Assembly (NCBI RefSeq): GCF_016433145.1
Contig: NC_058131.1
Span: 402,493,933 to 402,557,932, forward strand
Reading direction: 5' to 3'
DNA length: 64,000 nt
Origin: Gracilinanus agilis
Lineage: Eukaryota
Of this stretch, positions 44,881 through 57,703 are shown one piece after another. Under the pieces are notes generated by a model. The model ran no database searches, was not told the DNA's origin, and worked only from the letters and a program-made list of their open reading frames with translations. Numbering within the stretch: the stretch's first letter is position 1; every line of letters starts with the position of its first letter. A program made the position numbers and the translations under genes.

Positions 44881-47800
44881 ATAGAAGTAATGAGGTGCAG
44901 AGTATGACAGCTCTCGGTGCAACCTTTCTCTTTCCATCTTTCTCCCCTTGATCCTCTCTCCACCTTCGCCCTCCGCTTTTCGCCTTGGCTTCCCTTCTAT
45001 TTCCCTTTCTCCTCCCCATCTCCCCCCCCTCTTCATTTCCTCTCCCTCCCTCCTTTCCTTCCCCGACCTGCCCCTCCCTTACCTCCTTATCTTCTCTTCC
45101 TCTCCCACTTCCATCTCCACCTTCTCTTCCTCTCCAACCTGACCCTCCCCTATTTTCTCCCCCTCTCCTCCCTCCATCCCCACCTTCTTTCCCTTTCATT
45201 CTCTCCTCGTCTCCTTCGCCCTTCCCTTCTCCTCTAATCTTCCCTCTCCATCTCCCTATTTTCTCCCTCTCTTACCCTCCGTTCCCACCTCTCTCTCTCC
45301 ACCCCCCCCCCCAACTTCCTCCCTTTTATTCTCTTGTTCCTCCTCTGTTCTCTTCTTTTCATTTTCCTCTACTATCTGGGCTATCTCATCTTTTCTCTCC
45401 TCTTTCTCTACCTTTCCTAACATCACCTCCTTTTTGTCATTTCTGTATTCTTTAATACCTTAATTTCTCTTCTTCCTACTTCTCTACTCCTTTCTACCTC
45501 TTCCCTTTTATTACCGTATTCTCTTCCCTCCCTACTTTCTTTCTCTGCATCTTTTCTTCCTTCCTCTTCTGCCTTTAATTTCAGGGAACAAGGATAGAGG
45601 CTGGAATGACCCTCCACAATTCTCTTATGGGTTGCAGACCCAGGCTAGCAGTAATAAGAGGACACCACTCACCAAGCGGGTAGCAGCTCCCCAGGATGGT
45701 TCTCCAAAAGGTGAGAGCTTCTGAGCCCAGTTCAAATACCCACTATGAAATGAGGAGAGTTGCCTTTATTTCCTTTCGGCTTTGGCCTCTCTCATTGTTT
45801 TTCTGTTCTCCAAGGGATAGAGCTGCCCTTTGGGGCAGTTCCTGCCAAAATGTTAAAGTGATATAGGTCCAAGCTTATTTTCTTTGAACATGAATTGCCT
45901 CAGATTTAGCTCCTTGATGAAAAAGTTTTGTTTTCTTCTTGACTACTCCTCCCCTTTCAGTTATCCAGGCCTCAGGCCATTGACCAAGAAAGGTTGAAGG
46001 GTATTCATTGGTTACTGAAGTTTCTGGCAGAGATCTGGTAGGGGAGAGGATGAAACTGGGGTTGGGGTCATGATGCTCAGTGCTATTCTCAGCACATTGA
46101 TTTATCTTCTCAGTGCCTGCTTCAGAGCCTTTTACTGGGGCTCCTCCAGTAGGACCACCACCTCTCCTAACCAAGGCTCCAGGGCCTCCTCCTGGGGGGA
46201 GCTCTTCTCCTTTGAGGTTGGAACCTTCCAGCTCCCCAGTCACTTGTGAAACCATGCTGGAAGATGTGCTGGGACCCTTGGAACAGGCTTTGGAGGATTG
46301 CCGGGCTCATACACAGGTGAGGCCTAGGGGAACCCAGTTTCAGGATGGAAGTTGACCTAGGGAATTAGCTAGATTGTAAGCTACTCAGTTAAGAACAGGA
46401 TCTGTGTTACATCTATCTTGTATCCCTAGTGCCCGTCTACTTTAGTTGAATTTCCCTCTTCCCATGCCTAAAAGATAAGGTGAAACTCTCTGGACTTTTT
46501 ATAAAGAAGGGACTAGATTGGGCAGGTGTTGGGTTAAACCTAGGTAGCATAGAACAGATGAGGCAAGAATTCTTTAGTGTAAAGGACACTGGATTTGGAA
46601 TTGTAGGTACTTGAATTCAAATCCCATTCCACCTCTGTGTGACTTTGGACAAATTATATTCTCTTTCGAACAGCCTGTGACCTCATTTAAGACTGTACTA
46701 GATAGGGCAGCTGGGTAGCTCAGTGGATTGAGAGTCAGGCCTAGAGACAGGAGGTCCTAGGTTCAAATCCGGCCTCAGACACTTCCCAGCTGTGTGACCC
46801 TGGGCAAGTCACTTGACCCCCATTGCCCACCCTTACCACTCTTCCCCTAGGAGCCAATACACAGAACTTAAGGGTTAAAAAAAAAAAAAAAAGACTGTAC
46901 CAGATGACCTTACCACTAAGGTCCCTTCCTACTCTAAATTCCATTATTTTCCTGTTTCTTCTATTTTCCTCCAGCTATTAGAATTGTACTTGATGATGTG
47001 CCATTTAGACAGAACAGAGCAAACCCTGATAATGTGTTCTGAACATTATACAAATGCCATTGGCTTTGTCTTAGATGGAGAGAAATACTTTTCTGCTCTG
47101 TCCAAGGTGCCTCACAATAAATTCTCTGGAGGAACAGAAACTGGAGGGAAGGAAGGGGTTTGTTGGATGGTAAAAAGTAGAAGGAATAGAAGAAAACAGC
47201 ACGGGACAGAAGGATTGTGGAGGGAAGATAAAAAGGCAGATTAGAGCTCTGACTTGGGAAGAGTTTCTGTGTACTCAGAAACAGGTCTTTGATGACATCA
47301 GCCGGCGCTTAGCTTTGCTTCAGGGACAGTGGAAGAGTGAGAAGCTGTCAGTTCCTGTGAGGAAGAGGATGGCACTGCTGGTACAAGGTGAGCCATGTCG
47401 AGTGACCCCAGGATGCTCTTGAATTCTGCTACTAAGGAGCCTTGGCCCAGGCCATTGTTGGGGCTGCAATGATTGATATTCTACTAGAGAGGCAGCAGGA
47501 TATAGTGGAAAGAAGTCGAATGAGCTCCAGACTTGGACTTGAGATACTTGCCAGCTCAGCCCTGGTTATGGGTAGTCCTCTAACTTCTCTGAATTTATTT
47601 CCTTATATGTAAAATAATGCTTCCACTTCATAGGGTTGTGGTGAAGAAAGCACTTTGTGAGCCTTAAAGTTCTGTAGAGAGGGCAACTAGGTAACACCGT
47701 AGACAGTCATACCTGAAGATGGGAGGTTCTGGGTTCAACTCAACTCAAGCCTCAGACTTCCTAGCTGTGTGACCCTGGGCAAGTGTCATTTAACCCAAAT

Positions 47801-48175
47801 TGTCTAGCCCTTACCACTCTACTTAGTATTGATTTTAAGATAGAAGGTAAGGGTTTAAAAAAAAAGTCCTCTATGTGACCTTTTATTAAATGTTCAGAAG
47901 GACAGTCTTGGGGTGGGGGTGGGGGGCACGGTGAATATTTTGTTATGCTCAGGGCCTCTTTCCTCTTAGAGCTCAGGAGCCACAACTGGGATGGAGCCGA
48001 TGACATACATCGATCACTGATGGTGGATCACGTGACTGAGGTCAGTCAGTGGATGGTGGGAGTGAAAAGGTTAATTGCAGAAAGGAGGAGTCTGCCTTCT
48101 GGGGAAGCTGCTAAGGAGGAGCCCACTACAACAGAGGAGAATGAGGAGGTCTCAGGCCTCTCTACAACTCTGTGA
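44736..48175 (+). CDS. SRA1: Steroid receptor RNA activator 1 protein (SRAP), 222 aa
   Basis: Exons 44736-44760, 45585-45710, 46114-46316, 47279-47387, 47970-48175. [25 protein letters not shown], proline-rich linker, [39 protein letters not shown]. Confidence 0.97.
44920..45570 (+). repeat. CT-rich low-complexity polypyrimidine tract in SRA1 intron 1
   Basis: About 650 nt almost entirely C/T (CTTC, CCCT, CTCT units). Confidence 0.95.
46704..46892 (+). mobile_element. Opossum-type SINE; another at about 47680-47865
   Basis: Near-consensus copy; TSD AAGACTGTAC(T/C)AGAT. Confidence 0.9.
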
Positions 48176-48451
48176 CCATCTATTTTCTTCCTCCCCCTTC
48201 TGCCCCTCTCTCCAGTCTTCCCCACTGGCCTAGCCCTTGAACTCTCTCTGAATGGGGCCTGATGGGGTTTGGGGTCCAGGGATTTATGTTGGCTTGGCTT
48301 CCTTGATACCAGCAAGAGATAGGCAGTTGGAAGAAGGGAAGAGAGGTTCTCCTTTAGTAGAGAAACTGCTTCAACTCTAAATGGGACTTTGGCCTGGCTC
48401 TGGGGAGGCAAGACTGTATAGGCAGTTCATTGGTTGCTTCTGACATATGCA

Positions 48452-48461
48452 AATAAATAAA
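48452..48461 (+). terminator. SRA1 polyadenylation signal
   Basis: Overlapping AATAAATAAA about 280 nt after the stop. Confidence 0.7.
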
Positions 48462-49790
48462 AACATCTTGTTCAGTGGTATGTTTTGGTGGGGCACTTGT
48501 TACTTTTTACCCTCCAAACCAATTCACATCTGGCCATCTAGGAGTACAGGGCTTACCCATAAAGGTTCTCAGTATCTTTGTAATCTTAACTTGTTTCTTT
48601 TCTGTCTTACAGATATAGTTTAACATTAACTTGTGCTGGGTTGGATATGACAAAGTCCTTGCCCTGTAGGAATTTTCAAATGACAGGATCAAAAGGACCT
48701 AAAGATGCATAGCTGAGCCTAACCGCCATGTTTTTTAGTTTGGCTTCAAAGAGAGAAAGAACAGAAGCACAAATAAGTGAGCAGCTTGTCTTTTTCCTAG
48801 GACTGTGGCATGGAGAGAATAGTGGGTGCCCCCCCCCCTCCCAGGATAGCTGAATTTATCTGAAATGGGCTACTCATAGCCAGGGCTGGTCCAGGCGGCT
48901 TTAAGGAGGTCGGGAAGTTCATCGCTACAGGATTCCTATAGATTTTAGCATGGGGAGATATCGAGATATTGGTTTCCTGCATTCCTGGGCAGTGATTGTG
49001 GGTTCCAGTGCTACATTTTCTCTGGCTGTCTGAAAGCATAAATGTAAAAGAAAACTAAAGGGGTTTTGTTCTGGCTAAGCAGCAGAAGTCATGCTGGACA
49101 AAGTGAGAAATCAGGGCAGCTGGGGAACACTGGGTACCCAGAGTAGAAGAAAGGCTCAATATCAAATGTCAGGTATAGGGAAAGAATCCAGAAAGATGCC
49201 TTCCTGGTTGCTGAGCAGAGAGAAAAGTCCTGCCTTGGGATTCAGAAATTTCAAGTTGGAATCCCCAACTCTGCTATTTACTGAATATATGAGTTTGGGT
49301 GAATAACTTCCCTTCTGGAGGTCTCAGTTCTCTCATCTGTAGAATTTGGAATTGATGTATGATTCCTCTAAGATTTCTTCCATTGCTAACTTGCTAAGAT
49401 AGTGATTCTGAAGGGAGAAGGGGAGCCTCAAATGATCTCTTCCTGGGGAATGATGTCCCATGTTAAAATAACAGGTAGGGATTAGAGCAGAGTTACAGTG
49501 GAGGCCCAGATCCTGGAAGTCTGTTTCCTGGAACAGGGGACAACCCTTGGTTGGAGCCAAACTGTTGTTGTTTACAATAACAGCTCTTGCTGGTCCTTGC
49601 TCCCCGCCCTAGGCTGGATCTGATTGTAGCTGGAACAAGGCCCAGTCTTTGAAGCAGAGTCCTGTGGGACAGGAATTCCTCATTCTAGCTTCAGGATGAC
49701 CAGGGTTGGGTAAAGCAATGCCTTCCCCACCTCAGAACCTCATGTGTGAGGTAGAGAGAATAGAAATGTAACCCTAGAGAAGTCGTAAAT

Positions 49791-49800
49791 TTTATTTATT
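49791..49800 (-). terminator. EIF4EBP3 polyadenylation signal
   Basis: Overlapping AATAAA hexamers on the minus strand, about 330 nt after the stop. Confidence 0.7.
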
Positions 49801-50129
49801 AAGTATTGACAGGGTATAGCATTAGGTCCCACAGAAGCAAGGTCTCAGTAGAAAATAGTGGGTATTAGGGCTCAGCAAGCAACTCCCAAAGCCACATGGC
49901 TTCCATGCTTAGGACAGCACTGTCTTCTACACATACCCCAGATCAGAACCTTCCGTCCCTTGCCTCACCTTGGGCTCATTCACTTCTGAGAACTGAAGGA
50001 ACCACTTAGAAATAAGTTTTATGTTCAGGGAAGTTGAAGCCCTGCTTGTTGCTGTAAAAAGAGCCACCTGGCAGTAGCATACAGGGGCTGGGGCAGAATT
50101 CTTGTGTTAACAGGATCATACACTCGAGG

Positions 50130-52293
50130 TCAGATGTCCATTTCAAATTGTGCCTCATCTGGAGGGAAAGAGGAGCCTGGTGGTTAGCCTGCCTTAATTC
50201 CTTACCATGCAGTTAGAACTTCTCTCCCCACTTATACCTTTGAGCTAGAAGCTACTCTACAGTTGAGGGGCCAGTCCTGAAATACCCACATAGCCTTTGG
50301 AATTAGAATCTAATTCCCTTAGAATTAGCCTAGTTACTCCTAAAATGGGGAAGGGGGGGTAGATGGGATTGTTCCCTACTCTCCCTGTAGGTCAGAGCAA
50401 CTTTTACTATATTAAGATTTCTCAAATGCCTTATACTGACTTTTTCTATTTCCTTCAGAATCCTACCCACACTTAAGCTACAAAGCTAAAGCAAGAGTAT
50501 ACAGTTCAGAGTGAACAAGGGGGAAGTTTTAATAGTTTTATTCTTTCCCTCTGAAACTTAAGTTAACTTAAGTTAAGGCTTTAACATTCCCTGTAAAGCC
50601 TCCTTACCTGGGATCTCAGTTTCTTTTTGCTCCTTTAAATCCTCCAGTTTGGCCAGTGGGGCCTGTGGTGGGACAGTGACCCCAGGGATGTGGGGGAGGT
50701 AGCAGGGTGGCGTCCGGGCAATGGGCGAGTTCTTACATTCTAGCAGGAATTTTCGATCATAGATGATTCTAGTTCCTGGAGGGAGTGGATCGTGGAAGTT
50801 GGAAGCAGGATTCTATGGAATAGAACTGCAGTGCCTTCTCTAGACCTATCCCTATCTAAACTGATCAGTTGTCCCTGGAAATAACAAGCAAAATACCAAG
50901 TTCTTTGGCTTCAATTTCCTTAGTTGTGAGGAGACTGGACTAGACATTGTCTCCCATTCTAGTTCTAAGTGAAAAACTAGCAGTCAGGAGGGCATGACAG
51001 CTTCTCTTTTCTATAAACAGTGCCCAGCTCCATATTACTTCCTGCAGAGGAGCATGTTTCTGTGCTAGGAAAATGAGGATGTATGTAGATTTTTGTGCTG
51101 GGATATATTGTATGTATGAGTACATACCAGTACTCCCCTTTGTACCAAGCAAAATCAAAAGGAGGAATTTGGGGTACGGAGCAAAATTTGGAGGCTACAG
51201 ACCCTACACTATTGGTTTTCAATCTAATAAAAAATCATGAAATCACTACTTTTGTACTATGGAAAATAGAATTTTCTAGTATTAAATATGTGTATTTGTG
51301 AAGTTACACAGTTCTCTTATGGGACAACTCCTTTCCCTGGGGGGCTTTCTACTTTTCTGGGTGTAAGTAGAGTCCCAAACACAAGGTTTGTGAACAGATT
51401 TTGAGGACAGTCCTAAACGAGGCCAGAGGTATTGACTGGGCTGGGTATGGGTAAGGACAGCTCTGTCCTATGCCTTTCTTTACCCTCCCCCACCCCCTCT
51501 TCCTTCAGCTTCTGGGAGGAACAGGGCAGGAACCCAACTTGGGATCCTGAGCCCAGCAGCTTCCCTCCCTGGATCATCTAGCTTCTTTCGGGACCCTCCA
51601 AGTACAGCTGGAAGATACAGAAAGGCTGCCCCATTCTGGTGCTTCAGGGAAGGTGATCACCCAAGCACAAGGAGGATTTGGGGTGGGGTTGGGGTGGTGA
51701 GCTGAGAAGATTCCCTGGCACTAGGATATCCACAGTAGTTTGAGGGGCTGCAAAGTCATACTCAAAGGTTTTGAGATCCCAGGCCCAGGCTCCTTTACCC
51801 AGTTGCAGTGCCCTGCCACTGTTGCATCATCTGGGAGATTATGGGAAAGGAGCCTAGGCACCCCACCCTCTTGGGGTCTCGTCTAACTCTGGGGCCCTCA
51901 GAAGAGAGTAAGCAGACTAGCTGTGCCCTTACACATCCTTCTAGGAGTGAGGGAGGAAGTGAGGATGGGTCCAGCTCAACCCAGGGCAAAGGAGTCAATG
52001 GGCTCTGAAGCCCCAGCCACAAACCTGGAGAATGGTTGGTGCGTGCACACCCTGCCCCAGAACTCACCTTCCCTACCTTACAACTTTTGGCCCTGCACCC
52101 CAACCACTTGGCCCCTTCCTCAGAAGTATCCCGGAGCCCCGGGGATTGGACCAGCCCCTTCCACACCACCCCCAAATCCCTATGGCTGACCTCCTGGGGT
52201 GGTGGCGTACAGCGTGCCCCCAGGCGTGGTGCTGTAGCAGTCCAGCAGCCGGCCCTGGCCCCCGGGGACCGGACAGTTTGTGGAAACAGACAT
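50130..52293 (-). CDS. EIF4EBP3: eIF4E-binding protein 3 (99 aa; exons 52293-52191, 50775-50608, 50158-50130)
   Basis: [12 protein letters not shown]...[16 protein letters not shown]|[23 protein letters not shown]...|DEAQFEMDI*. Has the YxxxxL-hydrophobic eIF4E motif and TOS motif FEMDI, and no RAIP motif, which fits 4E-BP3. Confidence 0.97.
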
Positions 52294-53287
52294 GGCAAGC
52301 AGGTGGCAACGAGGATACTGAACCCGGATACCAGGGAGGGCAGGATCCCAACCACGTGTGGCTCTGGGCAACAACAAAGGCCGGCCTCACTCGGGAGGGG
52401 CCAGCAAGTTACTCATTCCAGGGTGGGGCCCAGGCAGGGTGCCACTGTTAACCCCTTATTTTTAGATATTGTATTTTGCACTGTGTTAGGATATTTCCTT
52501 TATCTCAACATAATGCATAAAATTTCATTTTCCCTATGTTAGAGGCAAATGAAATATTTGTTTTTTGTTATGTCATTGGAAGGAAGGCAGTATGGCTAGA
52601 TTAAAAATGCAAAAGGTTTTTTAAACCTTTGCATCAATTTTCTCTCTCACCAACTCAATTAAGGATATTGGAGGGGAATATAACCAAATCCAAGAAATTT
52701 ACTGCCAGGTGGAGAAGCACACAGCAAACCCATAGGCCTTGCTAGCTGGCAGTTATTCACAAGGAAAGCATTAGAGAGGAACTGGAGTGATTTGGGGAAA
52801 CTGATTAATCTCATTGGTGAAAAATTAGCCTCGAGTTGATTCCAGAATATCTAATTACTTCCAGTGTATGTTAGGTAACCACTTTGCTCCTCACTTCAAC
52901 AAGATGTCCAGCTTCACAGGAAAGTGCCCCAAAGTAACTAAATTCATTCCCACCCAACCATACAGGAGTACAGAGGATTCTGTTGACCCTGGAGAAGAAA
53001 ATGTACACTTTCCTGACATCCTCTAAAGGCTGATAAGTTTCCCTGATGAGATTTAAGTTTTTATTTTAAAGACCTGAAGACATCAAGGGAACCTGACAAG
53101 AGTTAGTTTCTCCAAAACCTCAGTCTCATCATTTGTCCTAACCTGTTACTTCGAGCTAAATCCCTCATTTGCAAGAGGATGAGCTTCTGTGGCTCAAGAA
53201 TTGCAAGGGTCAAGGAAAAAGAGATAATAATGCTATAGTTGGTTTAGTTTCAGATCATTTTTTTCAACAAGTATACCCTCCCTCTCT

Positions 53288-53491
53288 GGGGTAGCTGGGT
53301 GGCCCAGTGGATTGAGAGCCAGGCCTGGAGATGGGAAGTCCTGGATTCAAATTTGATCTCAGATACTTCCTACCCATGTGATCCTGAGCAAGTAACCTCC
53401 AGTGCCTGGCCCTTTCTGCTCTTCTGCCTGCAGAACCAATATATAGTATTGATTCTAAAATGGAAGGTAAGTAAGGGTTTAAAAAAAAAAA
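53288..53491 (+). mobile_element. Opossum-type SINE
   Basis: GGGGTAGCTGGGTGGCCCAGTGG head and poly-A tail. Confidence 0.85.
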
Positions 53492-55244
53492 AGTCTATCC
53501 TCCCCTCAAAACTTATTATCTAAGAAGTTTTTGATGCCTCATTTTTTTATACTTATAAAGTAATTTCCACTTCTTTTGTCCCCCAACCCCCTACCAGGGT
53601 AACAAAGAAAAACAACTGGGTGTAGGTCAGAGAAAAAGTGTTTCTCTCTAGCAAAACAACATTTTCTTTAAAAATATTGATCTAAATAAAGGTTCTGTGG
53701 ATATTCAATATGATTTAGTGAAAAATCCCCTTTTTTATCACTAAAGATTAATGATTTTGAATTATTATGTTTTCAAACTCTATCCCTCTTTTCTCTCCCA
53801 CACCCCAAAGAGGAAGTATATTTAGTTTTCACATTATCAAAGAGCTTAGTCAGATATATTTTCTTCACTTTAAAGTCAGTCATCTTCTCTGGACCAAATC
53901 TCTATGGGCTCATTTCTGTTAGAGGAAGCGATGGAGGGAAGAAAATCGGTAGTGACTGTTCTTTGGGTAGGTTACATGACTATAAGCAACAACAGTGAGA
54001 AACCCCAAGGAAGGTTCTATTGTGAAACCATTTTATAATCATATTTTTCATGATGGAAGAAGCCTGGGATGAGATGAACAGGGTGTTCAAGTGTTTTGCT
54101 GCCTTCTAACATAACAACATGGTCCAAAGGTCTTAACAGAATGAAGTAAGGTCACAATCACTAAGCACACCCACTTATTCTGTTTGGATGGAAACTGTAG
54201 AATGACCAGCTCCTCCCTTTTCCAAGCTGGCCCTGACTGAGAATAGTCCCCAAATGCAGCACTTCTGAGAAGTTTCTCATTGATTGATCTAGGCAGGAGT
54301 GGTAGTAGCAGGTGACCTGCCAGTGACAGGGACCTTGGCTTTTAGGTGAGTGAACAGATGAACAATGAAAGAGCTCCTCTGGAATATGAAATTTTTTTAA
54401 CTTTTAGCTTGTTCTAGGCTCCCATTAGCTTAGCTGAGGGGCTGCCCCTTTGCTAACCAGTACTAAGAGACTAAAATCTTAAATTCTGCTTTATAAAAGG
54501 GCAATCAATGCACTGTAAGACAATAAGTATTAAAGGTGTTGCTACAAACTCCCAATTTTTTTGTGACAGAATTTTGTAGGTTTTGTTTTAAATAGGTGGG
54601 CTTGAAAATCTTTAATAAATTATATGTAATGATTTCCTTGTGATACATTTTCATGGTAATGGAATAGATTTTAAAATTGTCTTATGTATTCTCAGTAAAC
54701 ACTGCAGGTATCCATTTTTTTGGACCAAAACTCCATCTTATTCCATGCTCACAATAACCTTTCTTTTCTTTCAAGTCATAACTAAACGTACTACCTACCA
54801 AAACAATTTCACTGTATAATCCCTAAAATTTTCCATTAATTCTATAATCATATAGACAGAAGTGCTATCTAGAAGAGCCAATTGACAATAGTGTATTTGC
54901 ATATTAAGAAGACAGGGTGTATGTGTGTGCATGCTCATGCAGTAATGTTTAAATTGGTGATTAAATTATTCAACTTGAGAAAAAATTGCCTTGATAAAAG
55001 AAAGGCTGAACTAATATTGAGTACTTCTAGTTTAAAAGTTCTTTTCTTTCAAACCTTTTCCATAATTACATTCTAAGAGGCAGGAAAGCATGTCAGGTGG
55101 TCCACCAAATAGCTTCTTGTAATATTTATGTTTGTTATTGTTGTTCAGTAGTTTTAGGCAGATCTGACTTTATGATGCCATTTGAGATTTTCTTAGCAAA
55201 GATACTGGAATTGGTTTGCCATTTCCTTCCATAGCTCATTTTAC

Positions 55245-56513
55245 AGATGCAGAAACTAAGGCCAGCAGATACTGTCAGGTGATTGGACAAGAAGGACAAA
55301 TGATGTCCAGGATCTGGACAAGCTAGTGTCTTAAGGTCTGATTTGAACTCAGGTTTTCCAGACTCCAGGCATGGCACTCTATCCACTGTGCCATCTAGCT
55401 GCCCATTATTTATGCTAGATCACCTATATTATTTTTTAAACCCTTACCTTCCATCTTAGAATCAATAATGTATATTGGTTCCAAGGCAGAAGAGTAGTAA
55501 GGTCTAGGCAATAAAGGTTAAGTGCCCAGGATCACACAGCTAGGAAGTGTCTGAGGCTGGACTTGAACCCAGGACCTCCCATCTCTAGGCCTGGCTCTCA
55601 ATCCACTGAGCAACCCAACCAATCCGCTCAGTCACCCAGCTGTCCCTAGTGAGGTGCTTTTTAAAAGTGATAAGTAGGAGCAAGGGAAGAAGGCAATTAC
55701 CACATTGAAGAGGCAAGCCACCATATTTGACACTGAACATATGCTTTTAATTTTGTAAGGTATAAAGTATGGCTGTGTGTTCAGCCTTGAAGTATTTTAG
55801 AGCTGGGGCAAGAAGATCAAAATTTTGATCTAGGATTATTCACAGGGGACAAGAGTATCATTAAAAATGGATCCTAGGGGGCAGCTGGGTAGCTCAGTGG
55901 ATTGAGAGCCAGGCCTAGAGACGGGAGGTCCTAGGTTCAAATCCAGCCTCAGACACTTCCCAGCTGTGTGACCCTGGGCAAGTCACTTGACCCCCATTGC
56001 CTACCCTTACCACTCTTCCACCTATCAGTCAATACGCAGAAGTTAAGGGTTTAAAAATACAAAAAAAAATGGATCCTTTTCTTTTCTTTTTAAACCCTTA
56101 CTTTCCATCTTAGAATCAATACTAGGTACTGGTTCCAAGGCAGAAGAGTAGGGCAAAAAAGGGTTAAATGACTTGCCCAGGGTCACACAGCTAGGTAGTG
56201 TCTGAGGCCATATTTGAACCCAGGACCCTCTGGTTTCCAGGCCTGGCTTTCTATACACTGAGCCACCCAGCTGCCCCTAAAACTGATCTTTTAAAGGACT
56301 ATCATGTTTTTTAAAAAACCTAACTTACCTGGTGGCTTAGAGTCGATACCAAGTATCAGTTCCAAGGCGGAAGAATGGTTAAGGGTTAGGCAGTGGAGCT
56401 TAAATGATTTGCCCAAGGTCACAGAGCTAGGAAGTGTCTGAGGTCAGATTTGAATCCAGGATCTCTGGTTTCCAGGTCTGGCTTTCTATACACTGTGCCA
56501 CCCAACTGCCCCA
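55245..56513. mobile_element. Cluster of five SINEs: CORE/MAR-like (-) 55245-55405, (-) 55430-55646, (+) 55877-56069, (-) 56080-56278, (-) 56311-56513
   Basis: Consensus matches; the plus copy has TSD AAAAATGGATCCT at 55863-55875 and 56065-56077. Confidence 0.85.
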
Positions 56514-57276
56514 GATTATCATCTTTTAAAATTGAATTTCCCATATCCCTATCTCATTCTCTATGCTCCAAGTTATTTTCTGGTACTTTCTTTTATAAAT
56601 TTTCCATACAAGCAGAAAATTCATTTGTGGACTAAGTACACAATTGTATCAATTGTTTTCCCATATTGTTGCATCAGATTCTTGGCATTACCTCTTGTTT
56701 TGCTAGTTATAAACAATAATTTTCACATTTGAGGGCAGGAGTACTAATATTCCCATAGTGTACTGCACTAAGTCTTGCACTTTAGAATGCCATACAAGAT
56801 TTATAGGAGTTTTTCCCAATCCTTTCTCTGCCTCACATATTAGAAAAATCAATATGAATAAATAAGTTATCTTTGGTAAAGTCAGGACATAGTGAAAGTT
56901 AGCAGATGCTCACAACTAATCTAGCCTGAGGCAACATCATCTGACTCAAAATCCTGCTTTTTTTGGGGGGGGGGCATACATCTATCAAATACTGATTGAG
57001 CATGGCTGATAGAGTTCCTGGGTTTATGTGTTTTCATTCAATGAAAAGGCTGTTGACATTTATGGCTCACAAATACTGATTAAAGTTACTGAGGAGTGTG
57101 AACAGGTTGAAAAACTAGTTAGAAAACCCTTTCTGGATTTCAAGGTACAAATCTCTAGAGATTGCCAACTAGTTATAAATGACAATGAAATCATCCCTTC
57201 CTATCTGGGCAATAGTGAAGATACAGTATGCAAACACTGAAAGAATCATAACCAACCTCCAAATACTGTTCATCTT

Positions 57277-57282
57277 TTTATT
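57277..57282 (-). terminator. ANKHD1 polyadenylation signal
   Basis: AATAAA on the minus strand, about 420 nt after the stop. Confidence 0.6.
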
Positions 57283-57703
57283 GAATATTCAGGTAAATAT
57301 TTCACATTAATACAGGCTACATAAAGTAGAGCCACTATACGACATGAAATTTACTCAACTTTTTTTCCTTTTAAGTATGTAAACAATTATACATGTATTT
57401 ACCACCCTAAAAGGTTGAAATCATGTAATCATCTAGTTCTCTTCTGCAGACAAGTAGCATTCAGTACTGTTTAGCCAAAAGCACTAGGTTCATCTGATTT
57501 TAAGTTCAAAATGGCTAAACTAACTGGAGAACAGAATCAGTTGGATAGGAAATCAATTTGTTCTTACACAATGGGCAATCAAATTTCCATTGTTAAAGCC
57601 CACACAGAAAATTGCTTAGTTAGGCACATTTTTAAAAATCCCAGGGTTCTTCCAAGGTCATAGGTTTCCCAAACAAGGCTAAAGAGAAAAAAGACCTTCT
57701 AAT

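Noticed and set aside
44534-45455. Long ORFs of 134-221 aa rich in G/E/R or P/S/L
   Set aside because: Translations of the CT-rich low-complexity tract, which lacks stop codons by composition.
50555-50574. Perfect 20-bp palindrome (AACTTAAGTT)x2 in EIF4EBP3 intron 2
   Set aside because: Most simply a tandem duplication of a 10-bp AT-rich palindrome; no supporting context.
51795-52542. Overlapping ORFs of 105-186 aa around EIF4EBP3 exon 1
   Set aside because: GC-rich shadow frames running into the intron; the +1 frame would stop 11 codons into exon B.
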